DNA of 64,000 nt from Tubulanus polymorphus (GCF_964204645.1 NC_134030.1:727355-791354), one strand, 5' to 3'; positions 1 to 20,044 are shown, counted from the stretch's first letter. The notes: generated by a model not told the origin, from the letters alone. Program-made: numbers and translations.

Positions 1-59
1 GGTGCGGGAGGCAGTTGCCCCCAAGAGAAAGTTTGGAAAAGTGTCCTTTGTGCGATGAG

Positions 60-240
60 GGTGGTGTAGGCGAGTGGAATCGACTCTTGAGAGTTCTGGT
101 CGTGGGTTCGAAACCCAAACATTACCGGGCTAGTGTTCTCGGCCAAGAGACCTATTCATTTTTTTGGTTATATATCAAAATTCCTGGATCCGTCCGTCCG
201 TGCCACTGCCCAGAGAAGCCGTTCGATAGGCCCTGACCGT
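60..240 (+). mobile_element. Probable tRNA-derived SINE remnant
   Basis: ggtgtaggcgagtgg..gtgggttcgaaaccc followed by gtgttctcggccaagagac. Confidence 0.4.
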
Positions 241-1592
241 ATGTATTGACTTCTTTAGATTCAAGCGTCAATTATTTTGCTTTAGTTGAAACGAAATACT
301 CGAAACTACACTCATCAATGAAAACTTCTCGGACATTTTTTCTTATAAAATGTTTGATGTTTCATAAGTTGAGTTTAGAGTATTTAGTCCGGCGTGCACG
401 GTGTACTTCCGAAATTAGAATGGTTTTTGCCGGTACATAATAAGACCGAAGTAATGGTTCGTTCAGATCCGATACAATGTTGGTACCCTCCTTTCGTAGG
501 AGCCTTCCATGGCTATTTATCAAGATTTATTGCATATTATTTGATTATAGCCGAAACGTTGCTCTTTAGACGAGACAATTTAGAAATATCGGTTATGCAC
601 CTAAATTATAGTTGATATGAATCTATCATAAGAGATTAATTAGTAGGATTACGGATTATCCGTAAATTACTTTATCCGTTCTTAGTCTCTTGCCGCGAAG
701 TGGGAATTCTTCGTGTTCTAATCTCAACCTGCTTTTCATCAAATATCCAATCAAAAAATCCAGAAACAATTTATTACCAATAATTTAAGGTGTACCTTTA
801 TTTAGTTAATACTTCAGTGATCGACCATGTGAAATACATAAGGCATTTACTCTGCAGAGATCATAGAAACAAAGTGAGAGAAATATGTGAATTAAGCCGT
901 TTAACATTTAAAAATTTGACATTTAAATAAATAAATGACCACAAATTTTACTCTGTTTTCAGTAAAAAAGAAGTTTCTTTTTCAATACAACCAGATTGTT
1001 CAAATTTCTATTTTGACTGTATTCACTAAATTGAATTATAGCTTCTTTTAAATCAAAAACTACCAATGAATTATCTTCGATCAGCTACAACTGAACCCAA
1101 TATTACCTTAAATCATTTATTACAAAAATCAGTTCTAAAAAATTACATACAAAATCGACTACATTATTGTACTATTAACTACAATTAACATCTAAATAAC
1201 ATCTTTCAGTGGAATGTGGTGAAATCTAAATTACGTATTTTGATTCTATCTTGCAAGAAAAAACTCTCATGGCAGGGATACCAGGGGTTGGTAGATCACT
1301 ATAGGAACTGAAATCAACTCCAGAAAAAATTCGACTCCAGTTTATGGACGGTTCTCTACACGTTCATACAGTTCTTCTGAGACTCCAGCATGGGCAAAAC
1401 CTCAAAATAGGGCGGCCCCAGCCTGTGATACCCGGTAGTGAGGCCCAGCACCGACTGAGCCCTTACACAGCTCCAGCGTCCGCTGCATGGCCTCCAGTGT
1501 CCACTACGAGAGGTCCAGCAAGGCTCCAGCATCCGCTGTGCTCTAGGAACTCATTTTAATAGCACCATTCTACATAATTATCACAAAAATCA

Positions 1593-8460
<6,868 letters not shown>

Positions 8461-9123
8461 CTTTATCACAAATACAGCCGAATAAAGTCTGGATTGAATT
8501 GAATCGCCGATGTTTCAGCTGAAAATTTTCCTCTTCGTAACCCTAGGGTTAGGGTTAGCCTGATACTGCTCAATGCGTTACAACAACTCTCGCTGGACAC
8601 CAGTCCACCCGCCGAGGACTAAACCTCTTAACACGCACCTCAGCTAGCTACTCCAACGTTTACAGGCCACTTTAGAAATTGTTAACTCAGCAATTAACAC
8701 GAAACGATAATCTATCATAATCTTGATTGCCATTGATAAACAATGAAGTGAGGATTAATCTTCAGCGGATTATTATTGTTTTGCTACTACAGATTGTTGA
8801 TTCAATTGAAATTATCTTTTTCAAGGAATGTTATCGGGGATACCCATGACGTCATCGAGGACATCGGCTTCGACCGAGGGAAACCCCTCCCGTCAATGAC
8901 AGATCAAGAGAAAATCGTGTTATTTTTGCGCTGTTTGTCGATCAAGTGCGTTTATTGAACGCGACAATCTTTCACAATCATCTGTAGTGTATAATCATGT
9001 GATCGTCGTTTTGAAATCGATTGAAAAATGATTTGGATGCGCAGCAGCAGGAATTAGAATTTAAATACAGAATTCAATTCTATTCTAAACACAGATTGCG
9101 GAAATGATGTTGAATGTTGTGTG
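8461..9123. promoter_or_regulatory. Putative bidirectional promoter between GK and the ARM-TIR-SAM gene, with kappaB-like and CRE motifs
   Basis: Divergent ATGs about 660 bp apart; GGGGATACCC 8836-8845, ATGACGTCAT 8846-8855, GGGAAACCCC 8878-8887. Confidence 0.5.
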
Positions 9124-12100
9124 ATGTTTGAAGTTTTGTCGTGGTTTACAAGAAAAACTGGTCATTCCACAAAACAGAGCAGCAGTAGCAGCAGCACCTC
9201 CCCAACCCTGTCAACTCCCACCCCAACCCCGTCAAACCCTCCTCCAACCCAGTCACCTGCCACAGGTTGCTGTAAATCATTAATCTGCTCCGAGCAAACA
9301 ACAATGAACGAAGACAGTAACAGTTGCTACGGAGATGATAATAGAATCGCTCGGGACGCTACAACAACAGTAGAGGAAAATGAGGAGGATTTTACATCAT
9401 CATCAGCTTTATTAAAACCCGGACTGGGGATCGTTCCATCTCAACCACACCCTCCTCTTCCCAAAACTAGTCACCCGCCTACCCAAACTAGTCAGCCTCC
9501 TTCCCAAAATAGTCACCCTTCCCAAACTGCCTCCCCTCTTCAAAATAGTCACCCCCCTCCCCAAACTGGTCAGCCTCCCCAAACTAGTAACCCTCCTTCC
9601 CAAACTTATCACCCTCCCCAGCCTGGCCACCCTCCCCTTACTGGTCACCCTCCTCCAAAAACTGCCTCCCTTCTCCAAAACAGTCACCCTCCCCAAACTA
9701 GCCATCCTATTCCCCAGTCAGTCAGCCACCCCCCAGCTCCCCAGTCAGTCAGCCACCCCCCAGCTCCCCAGTCAGTCAGCCACCCCCCTGTTCCCCAGTC
9801 AGTCAGCCACCCCCCAGCTCCCCAGTCAGTCAGCCACCCCCCTGTTCCACAGTCAGTCAGCCACCCCCCAGCTCCCCAGTCAGTCAGCCACCCCCCTGCT
9901 CCCCAGTCAGTCAGCCACCCCCCAGCTCCCCCTGCTAGTATGTATCAGTATCTACAGCGAAGTTTATTTGATCGCACTATCTCGTCGAGTAGTGAAGAAC
10001 TATCACTGGGTGATAGTTTTAATAGTATCACCAGCCCCGGTATGGAGTCCGTGCCGCCGCCACCGTGCGATAGTGTAGACGGCGTCGCTAACGACAGTCC
10101 CGTTAAAAAGGCTCGAGTTCAACACCAACACATGAGTATCCATAGCAACGGCGACAACAATGCCTTCATCAAACCGACGACGGATGAAATAAAAGATTTA
10201 CCGATTATCAGATTCCACCCGGCGTCGACCGGGTTGAGGATGCTGACGAGTTTATCCGATACGGAAAGCGTTTGTAGCACTCCGAGTCCGGATACTCCGG
10301 CCGCCGGAGGAGGCGGAGGAGGCGGAAGTCTGCCCGGAGGATTCTACGATTTCACTAATTCATCGGTGAGAACTAAACGCGCAAAGATGAATCGCTATAG
10401 CGTCGAGGAGGTTCTCGACAATCTCGCGGTGAGGATTCCTCGTCTGTTCGAACGCAACGATTATAAACACGAATTCCTCGCCGATTTACAATTCGTTAAA
10501 CGCAGAACGTCCTGGTCGCCGGACGAAACATTCCGTCTGAAAATAGCCGATAAACTCATCGAATTAAACATAGTCGATTTATTCATTAGAATCTGGAACT
10601 CGATTCACGACGACGACGAAGAGAATCGGGAGATTCACGAATCACCGGTCGGTTTAAAGAACATCGTTCAAATCGTGATTATTCTGTGGAATACGAGTGA
10701 TATCTCGCGACAACTGTGTCGACAAATTACCGACAAGGGATGCCTACAATTAGGATTAATGGACTTGAAATCGGCTGAGTTCGCGTTACAGAAACTCGGT
10801 AATGATAACAAGTTGTATTACGTAAAAGGATTACTCGGAATAATGCACAACGTTTGTCGTCACGACGACGGGAATTCCCGGGAGGTATTCCGTAGCGCGG
10901 ATGCGGTCGCCATTTTACAGTCCTATCTACCCGTCCGGTCTTTAGTGATACGTACTAAAGTTCTGCTGATATTATCGTACCTCCTCGACGAGACGGAAAA
11001 CGATATTCTCAACGCCGACGATCAGAATATCTCGTTTTTTATCGATATTTTACGAGCGGCTCTGAATTCGGATTCTCATTTCAGTAAAGATTACGGGTTT
11101 CACGCGAGCGAGATCGTCGACGGTTTAAATCATCTCGCGGCTAACGACTCGAATAAAACACGTATCGTCGCTAACAACGCGTTACCGTTATACGTGCGCT
11201 TAATAGACGCCGGGTTAACGACTGTAGAGCAACATCTCGCCACCAGGGGGCTCTGGATACTAGCGTTTAATGATGATTGTAAGAAAGCGATTAAGATGCA
11301 ATCCGGCTGTATGGAAGGTAAGTCATATATTCATCGATTCAGTTTTTAGTTTCGTCTCTCCTCCTACCTCCTCTCTTCTCTTTCCTCCTCTCTTCTCTTT
11401 CCTCCTTCCTTCTCTCATCTCTTCTCTTTCCTCCTTCATTCTCTCCTCTTTCCTCATTCATTCTCTCATCTTTCCTCTTTCCTCCTTCCTTCTCTCCTCT
11501 TTCCTCCTTCCTCCTCTCTTCTCTTTCCTCCTTCATTCTCTCATCTCTTCTCTTTCCTCCTTCCTTCTTTCATCTCTTCTCTTTCCTCCTTCCTTCTCTC
11601 CTGCACATCATGATCCATTTCCACAGTTTTTGAACTGAACTACTTTTCATGATGCATCATGGGAGAGAGGAGAGACAGGAAAGAGCAGAAACAGCGGCTC
11701 GGTCAAACGCCCAGTTCTATATTTTATTTCTGCTATGATTTTAATGTTGTTTTGGCTCTTTTCTTTCCTCCTTCCTCCTCTCTAATCTCTCCTCTTTCCT
11801 CCTTCCTTCTCTCCTGTGCCTCATGATCTGTAGTAACTGTCCTGAACCCCCCGGCCCCCCCCCCCCCCGGCCCCTGATACATGTTTTATTTCTGCTATAA
11901 TTTCAAAATGTTGTTTTCAATCTTTTTCAGCTCTTCATCGTTTGTGGAAAACTCACACGGACGAGACGGTACGTCACGCGGCTCGTGGCGCCATCTGGGA
12001 GGTGAATGCTTCACATCGACAAATCAGCAGAACTATTGAATTACCGGGTTAGTATTGAATAGTTCCAACTACCGCGTATTGAATAGATCACAATTTATTA

Positions 12101-15100
12101 GTAGGAATCCGCCAATTAGGACCAAGTGTTGCTCTATTGTAATTTATCAAAGCAACTAGTGGATAACTCTTGAGATAATGACAATTAAAACTGTTTTTTA
12201 CGTACAGGAGACTCTACCCATATCTGTCCATTCGCTAATCTATTCAAACCAGTAGAATGAAGATTTTCTATCTCTACTGTTAATTTGTCAATGTGAAAAA
12301 ATCCGAAGATCTATACTGGTCTGAACTGGTAGCACTTTGTCTGTCCTGACACTACTGTACATTATGGTTATTATCCTTAACTCAATGTTGCAGGGTTCGA
12401 TCTAAACACTTGTCCGATTGCCCGGGACAAGTATATTCTCATCAGGGCAAGTAGGTTATCATTATCACTAGTCCGCCGGGCTAGTGCAATTTTATGTCAG
12501 AAAACTTTTTTCCCACTCGATACAACTAACACCAATCGCACTGCCTGTGTAGGGTAAATAGTTTTTGGAGGGGACAAGCGAAATTTCAGATATGCTTGCC
12601 CCGGGCAAGTGGCTTTCATTCCTTAGATCGCACCCTGTGTTGTAAGCTGATAAATTGACTAAGGTTTAAATCTCTGAATCTTTTCACAATTTTTCAGCAA
12701 ATTTATGTATTTTGTGAAATATTTTATTTGTAGAAGCTGCGTCTAATCATATAATGATCAGTTATCAATGGGATTCGAAACCTACGATGATTAAAGTTAA
12801 AGATCGTTTGAAACAAGCTAATTATAAAGTATGGATGGATATTGAACATATGAGTGAGTACACGTCACACCCTCCATTTACTCATTTTACTCGAGATCCC
12901 GAGATCACTTCGTTACTCGTTGTATTGTTGTCGTTTCGATTGTTTCCAGGCGGTTCTACGTTAGAAGCGATGGCGTTAGCTGTAGAGGGCGCTAGTGTAG
13001 TAATAGTGTGTATGTCGCAGAGATATAAAGACAGCCCCAGCTGTAGATCAGGTAACTCCCCCTCCCCCTATCTCTCCCCTCTCTCCCCTTCCCTCTCCTC
13101 CCCTCTTCCTCTCCCCTCTCTCTCTCCCTCTCCTCCCCTATCTCTCCCCTCTCTCTCCCCTCTCTCTCCCTCCCTCTTCCTCTCCCCTCTCCCTCCCTCC
13201 CTCCCTCCCTCTTCCTCTCCCCTCTCTCCTCTCTCTCCCCCTCCCCTTCCCTCTCCTCCCCATCTCATCTCTCTCTTCCCCTCCCCTTCCCTCTCCTCCC
13301 CTATCTCTCCTCTCTCCCTCCCTCTCCCTCCCTCCCCCTATCTCTCCCCCCTCTTTTACCACTTACAATCTCATCGAAATCGAGCTTATTTCAACTGAGT
13401 GTATTGTGCCGCCATCTGGTGTGTGCAGCCAGTACCTAATAGACATGCCTGCGAAATCTCTAAGTAAATGATTAGAAGCGATCATTAGCACTATTGAACT
13501 GTGAGACTACAAGGAAACATTTCATAATAAGTACTTACACTTTCATACCATAGTGCTGGAGATAATTCCAACTCGGTGCGGTGTATAATCGGCATAACGA
13601 TATAGTGTGTCTACCTTGCAGTGCGGTGTATTGTCATGTCACTAATATATGCAACTGGAACTGACAACTAACTGAAAACTACACCGATACTGTACATCGC
13701 ACCACCGGGTGAAAGCGATATAAAGTAGATTATACATCGCATATCAGGGTCCGATCTAAACATTTGTCCGATTGCCCGGGACAAGTATATTCTCATCAGG
13801 GCAAGTAGGTTATCATTATCACTAGTCCGCCCGGCTAGTGCAATTTTATGTCAGAAAACTTTTTTCCCACTCGATACAATGGATGATAGTGCCACCAATC
13901 AGACTGCCTGTGAAGGGCAAGTAGCTTTTGGAGGGGGCAAGCAAAATTTCAGATTTGCCTGCCCCTGGGCAAGTGGCTTTCATTCCTTAGATCGGACCCT
14001 GCATAGGGGGGTAAATACACTGAAAGTCTTTGCGACAGAACGGTATTGTAGCGTTATAGTTTGTTCACGTATTTACAGAGGCAGAATATACATATAGATT
14101 GAGGAAAGATGTGATACCTCTGAGGTTGCAGACTAACTACGATCCCGACGGCTGGTTAGGAATGATCGTCGGAACGAGGCTTTATTTCGATATCAGCGAT
14201 TCCGATCTGTTTGAATCAGCGATGAGAGGGTTAATCAAAGAGCTCGGAGACCGCGGGAAAAATCATCTACAATCTGAAGAGTAAGACTCAATTCCGCCGC
14301 ACATCTGAACACAGTAACCTGTTCCACAATTCTAAACTCAGTTCCACCAATCACAACTCAGTTCCACAGTTCTGAACTCAGTTCCACAGCTCCAGGATCC
14401 TGTTCCACAATTCTCAACTTAATTCCACAGATCTCAACTCAGTTCCACAGTTCCAGGAACCAGTTCCACAGATCTGAACCCATTTCCACAGTAACTGGGT
14501 CAAGTTCCTCAGTTCCTGGTCCCAGTTGCACAGTGTGCCAATGGGACTGGATGGTTCAGTTACTAGGACTGGGTTCATTCAGTAACTGTGAACTGGATGG
14601 TTCAGTTACTAGGACTGGGTTCATTCAGTAACTGTAGGACTGGATGGTTCAGTTACTAGGACTGGGTTCAGTCAGTAACTGTAGGACTGGATGGTTCAGT
14701 TACTAACACTGGGTTCATTCAGTAACTGTGAACTGGATGGTTCAGTTACTAGGACTGGGTTCATTCAGTAACTGTAGGACTGGATGGTTCAGTTACTAGG
14801 ACTGGGTTCAGTCAGTAACTGTAGGACTGGATGGTTCAGTTACTAGGACTGGGTTCATTCAGTAACTGTAGGACTGGATGGTTCAGTTACTAGGACTGGG
14901 TTCAGTCAGTAACTGTAGGACTGGATGGTTCAGTTACTAGGACTGGGTTCATTCAGTAACTGTAGGACTGGATGGTTCAGTTACTAAGACTGGGTTCAGT
15001 CAGTAACTGTAGGACTGGATGGTTCAGTTACTAACACTGGGTTCATTCAGTAACTGTAGGACTGGTCTCACTGTTTTCCATGCTGCTCTCTGTGTTAGGA

Positions 15101-15546
15101 TGAATTGTACATGTAATTGATTTTCAGAATTCAAGCCGATCGTCAGTGGTCCGTAGAGCGTAAAATAGCCGACGTACCGGATGGAGGTGTATTGTCATGG
15201 CAACAGTCAGACGTCCAGTTCTGGTTAGAACAGAACAACATGAAACAACACTGTGATAAGTGAGTACGGTAGTCATCACTTTTAAACTGTTTGTATTGTT
15301 GCAATTTTGAATTTAAGATGTTTTTATTGTTACAGTTTTGAATTTAAACCGTTTGTATTAGTTTTGAATTTAAACTGTTTGTATTGTTGTAGATTTGTAG
15401 ATTATAACGGCGAGTTGCTATTGGAGATGAAGAGAATGCATCGCGATTGTCCATCATTCCTCTACGATAGTTTACAAAGAGAGATGGATTTCAAACTGAA
15501 AGACGTTCTCATTCTATCAGCAGCGCTTACTAAACTACCTACTTAA
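9124..15546 (+). CDS. ARM-repeat + TIR + SAM domain protein (SARM1-like domain set in a different order), 7 exons, 1006 aa. Exons: 9124-11317, 11931-12047, 12734-12853, 12950-13051, 14079-14280, 15128-15259, 15393-15546
   Basis: Pro/Ser-rich N-terminus, then helical ARM-like repeats (LGIMHNVCRH, GLNHLAANDSNKTRIV, ATRGLWILAF, AARGAIWEV). TIR_2-type domain follows (HIMISYQW..KVWMDIEHMSGSTLEAMA..VIVCMSQRYKDSPSCRSEAEY..VIPL..DGWLG), then a SAM-like C-terminus (WQQSDVQFWLEQNNM..YNGELLLEM). Phases join to 3021 nt. Confidence 0.88.
9708..9935 (+). repeat. Coding 30-bp tandem repeat (about 7 copies) encoding PQSVSHPP(A/V)
   Basis: Repeated ccccagtcagtcagccacccccc units within exon 1 of the ARM-TIR-SAM gene. 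Confidence 0.9.
12391..12637. mobile_element. hAT-like MITE with a 5-bp TSD (TGTTG)
   Basis: TIR cagggttcgatctaa / ttagatcgcaccctg; TGTTG on both sides. Confidence 0.8.
13745..14001. mobile_element. Second copy of the same hAT-like MITE (TSD CATAT/CATAG)
   Basis: Near-identical to 12391-12637. Confidence 0.8.
14543..15066. repeat. 47-bp minisatellite x11
   Basis: ggactggatggttcagttactaggactgggttcattcagtaactgta. Confidence 0.9.
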
Positions 15547-18217
15547 TAAAAAACTAAAATCTGTCAGAACTGCTGGTATACTCATTGACAGCATAGAAAT
15601 ACAGCTCACTGGTCCCTTCCCTCAACCGAGCGACCAGCGGTTTCTGTTTGAGTTTAGAAAATGGAATTTAACTCACATTCAGTTGCGATGGTTTTAAGAT
15701 TTGTGTTCAAGTTCAGTGATACAGTTAAAGTCCGTTATAATGTCACTGTTTGGACCAATGAAAAACAGGGTGTTATTGCGAATATGGCCTTATAAAGTCT
15801 ATGAATTATAGACTGAAAAATGTTGGCGTTAAGGGTGAACAATGGCATTAAAAAGAATGACATGGCCTTATAACGTCTATGGTGTTATTGTGAATTGTAT
15901 TTCCATTGAATTTTCATCAAATTGAGCAAATTCCATCTCTGAACAATGTTAAGAGTGAACACTGGCATTAAAAACGATGACAGCGTTTTAACGGGCTTTG
16001 ACCATAACTTCAATTAGAAAACGAATTCAAGTTAACAGGAGTCGACTGAGGGTATGATTATTGCAATCAGTCCATCCTTACATAGCTATCTAGCTTTCAT
16101 ACTTAGATCAAAAGCTTCAACTTATGACGTAATGAACTTTTCCTTAAAATAGTGCAAATTGGTGCTTGGTGATATTAACATTGAGATTAGTGAAACTAGT
16201 GTTTACAGTACGAGTTTAATTAAAATAGTGTCAAATCATCGTTCATTTCTGTGAATATATCAACCATAGAATATGTGATATGAGTTTAACTGAAGTGTGA
16301 ATGAATCTGTTGAATATATGTGTCATATCTTCGCTCATATTTGTGAATATATCAATCGTGAAGGGTAAAATGGCGTAAAAGAAATTCATCAGAGGCTGCA
16401 GTTGCTCAATTGTTGGTTAGAGAAAACCGATGGATAAATACCAAAGTAAGAATGAAGTTGTCACTGTGTCAACTATCCGCTCGTTAACTCTAACCAACTA
16501 TTGAGCAACTGCAGCCCCAGGTTTCATGAAAAGCTTAAATGGAAAAGTTTGAATTGTTGTCCTCATCGAAAACGTGAAGTAACCACCAGCAGCAATTAAA
16601 CCAAAAATTTGAGTAAAACTTTTTCGTGAAACCGGACCTCGGTAGAATGGTGGTTTCTTCCAAAACCGCCTGGTGCTACAAAAAACATATCGCAGAAATG
16701 AATCTCAAGGTTTTTTGAGAATCATTATAGCTTGAAATACCAGACATTTCGTCATGCATAAGTCAGGATCCAATTCCATTGTTGTCAGTTAAGATTTGAC
16801 TTGAGTTGAAATATTTGTAATCATAAAACTCTGAGTTCTATGATGTTTTTTTATTGATTTTTAAATCTAACAGATGAATTTAGAATGGATCCTTTATGGT
16901 AATTATAATAGATGAACACGAGATCATCATGACAAACTGTGAAGTTACTCTCAAAACTGGGTTTATTTTAGTTACATTATTATGTTAATTAGAAAGTTGA
17001 ATCTGTGTGGTGGGAACCTGACCGAGTGCAGAGCTGGGAAGATTCACTGATTCATTGAGTGAAGGGTTGGTTGTTGGTCAGTAACTGGAAGAAAATACCT
17101 TTATTGAATATATTTTGGACCCGATTGGTGAAATATGGTTTATTATAAGAAGTAACTGTCAAAATCCGGTTCATAATTCTTTACTTTATTAGTTTTTTTA
17201 GATGCATTTACTTTAACTTTTATGTTCAATTATAATTTAATGTCTTCATGTTCGTAATTTATTTGTTTTTAACTGTTTTGTTGTTAATGAAATCAAATAA
17301 AAAAAGAATGAAAAAAAGTTTCATTTACATAAAAGACATTTTTTGTATTCTAAATTGAGGTTAAGTACATCTAGCGTGGAAACATATTGTTAAACTTTCA
17401 AATCATGGAGTCAATTTTCTCTTTTTAACCCCTGATGGTATGTGCCATCAAAACTCTGAGCTAGGCCACTAGTGGAATGCTCTCTCAAGTCAAGTTGAAA
17501 TAGACATTAAATATCATTTCAGTATATCATTATCATAATTGACACAATCGCTTATTACATTGTCCACAACTCTGATACGAGTCCCCTCTGGTTCATCCTC
17601 TATTCGGCATCTGGACCACTGAGAATTACTGTCACAATGGACGAGATGCAATGGACCGGGTTCGAACCTCAGACACCCATCAAATGCTGGAAATACTCGC
17701 ATGCCACAGTAGAAAATGCCATCGGAGGCAGGTTATAACCGTCAAGTGCTGCCCCAGTATAAGCAAATAGCGGTGAACATGGGAACTAAATTATTATTCG
17801 CATGCCACAGTAAGATCATCGAGCCGTGTTGCAGATAGTTACCGTAAAGTGCTGCCACTATATAAAAGATTATCGACAATAGAACTATTATGCATGGGTG
17901 CTATTTATTGTTTAACCTACATCAGTGATCATTTGAAAAATCACTCTCGAATAATTACTCGAACCCTAGCCTAGCATCAGTGTTTATTCTCTTCTGACTC
18001 AGCATCCAGAATCTTCATGCGGGTTCATTTGATCCCGAGGGACCGACCCCTCTAACCATGTGGGCGCTTGTTTTTAGTGTGCCTTTCATGATGAGTGGCA
18101 ATAGGTTCAAACCTGCGGTTGTAGGCTTAATTTGAATCTAGTACTAGAGTTTAAACATTGTGGATAAACTGTGTTTAACTCTAACTCACCAACTGTGGAC
18201 TCATGGATTCTGCCGCG

Positions 18218-18810
18218 GAGTTCAGATTTAACTCTACAACTGTGGTGTCTGCCCGACTGAGTTCAGAGTTAACTCTACAACTGTGGTGTCTGCCCGACTG
18301 AGTTCAGAGTTAACTCTACAACTGTGGTGTCTGCCCGACTGAGTTCAGAGTTAACTCTACAACTGTGGTGTCTGCCCGACTGAGTTCAGAGTTAACTCTA
18401 CAACTGTGGTGTCTGCCCGACTGAGTTCAGAGTTAACTCTACAACTGTGGTGTCTGCCCGACTGAGTTCAGAGTTAACTCTACAACTGTGGTGTCTGCCC
18501 GACTGAGTTCAGAGTTAACTCTACAACTGTGGTGTCTGCCCGACTGAGTTCAGAGTTAACTCTACAACTGTGCTGTCTGCCCGACTGAGTTCAGAGTTAA
18601 CTCTAAAACTGTGGTGTCTGCCCGACTGAGTTCAGATTTAACTCTACAACTGTGGTGTCTGCCCGACTGAGTTCAGAGTTAACTCTACAACTGTGCTGTC
18701 TGCCCGACTGAGTTCAGAGTTAACTCTAAAACTGTGGTGTCTGCCCGACTGAGTTCAGATTTAACTCTACAACTGTGGTGTCTGCTCGAGTTCAGAGTTA
18801 ACTCTAACTA
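18218..18810. repeat. 41-bp minisatellite x14, related to the 44-bp family
   Basis: gagttcagagttaactctacaactgtggtgtctgcccgact. Confidence 0.92.
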
Positions 18811-19074
18811 ATAAGCGCGTTCCTGATTCAGGAAAATAGAAAAAATAAAGTCTCGTTTTTTATGTCTGGGAAAAGTTTCTCATGGTCAAATATATATATA
18901 TAGATACTGATAGAGAGACGACATAAAGTTGATAGTGTGATCATTAATTCAATATTTTCATCTTTATTCCTACTGATAAAATCACGTGTTTTCTGGTATA
19001 TATATAACTGCGTGAGCTACCGACCCATCAAACCATTCTTACAGCTTCCGGTACCTTGGTCTCCTAGCGGCAAC

Positions 19075-19839
19075 ATGCGTAACTTCGTTCTCTGTGTTAT
19101 TGTAGGTAAGTTCTTTTACTCATACGGTGACCAATCATTGATGGGTCCAAATCATTATTGGGGCCCAATCACTGAAGGTGTCAAGCCTGGTAATACAGAG
19201 GGGGTACAAGTCTAGGTTTAAGTTTTCGAGGGGTCAGTCACTTAGGGATTAAGTCATTGAAGGGTTGTTTTATTGAGGGGTTACCAGTCGTTGAGGGGTT
19301 AAGTCATTGAAGGGTTGTTTTATTGAGGGGTTACCAGTCGTTGAGGGGTTAAGTCATTGAGGGTTGTTTTATTGAGGGGTTACCAGTCGTTGAGGGGTTA
19401 AGTCATTGAGGGTTGTTCTATTGAGGGGTTACCAGTCGTTGAGGGGTTAAGTCATTGAAGGGTTCTTTTATTGAGGGGTACCAGTCGTACTGAGACAGGT
19501 TTACAAGTCGCTGATAGTATTTTTATTCATAGTTAATTTTTTTAATAATTTTTCGTCATTTTCCTGACGTGGTTTTCTGTTGATATAGTGCTATCAGTAG
19601 CGGTTTGTGTTCATGGATACGATTGGCCCGGAGCGGATAAGGTCAAAGAATCTTGTAAGAAAAACTTGTGCGACAAAAAGGAGAACAGCAAACAGTGCGT
19701 GAAGGATTGTCTGTACGCGGTGAGAACTCATCACGAATGCCAAGGTCACGACAACACTGATGATATAGTCTTCTGTACCGGAGGTCTCATCGTTACAAAG
19801 TTGAATAATGTTAGGAATAAACTCACCGCAAAACAATAA
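19075..19839 (+). CDS. Small secreted cysteine-rich peptide, 93 aa (exons 19075-19105, 19589-19839); cytolysin A-III/parborlysin-like toxin candidate
   Basis: TATATAA near 19000; CAACATG start; signal peptide MRNFVLCVIVVLSVAVCVHG split by a phase-1 intron; 73-aa mature part YDWPG.. with 6 Cys (C-x4-C-x8-C-x3-C-x9-C-x11-C); AATAAA at the stop and near 19871. Confidence 0.8.
19245..19488. repeat. About 50-bp minisatellite x5 in the intron of the peptide gene
   Basis: gggttaagtcattgaagggttgttttattgaggggttaccagtcgttgag. Confidence 0.88.
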
Positions 19840-20044
19840 ATAGAAATGGAGTTGCTGAAAATATTTCAGAAATAAAGATAACGATGAAAATTTAAATTAG
19901 AGAAATTTAGTTCGATATTGATTCTTTTGATGGTGCGGAGTGAATCCGGTAATTATCAGGGTTCGAACCCAGGACACCCTGTGCTTATCCTTTATTCTAC
20001 GCCAAGTCAACTGGGAATCTGTTCCAGCAAGAATTCGGACCCAG

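Noticed and set aside
9124-15546. Calling the gene SARM1
   Set aside because: Domain order differs (TIR before a single SAM) and the TIR is of the SYxW/TIR_2 type; orthology is not supported
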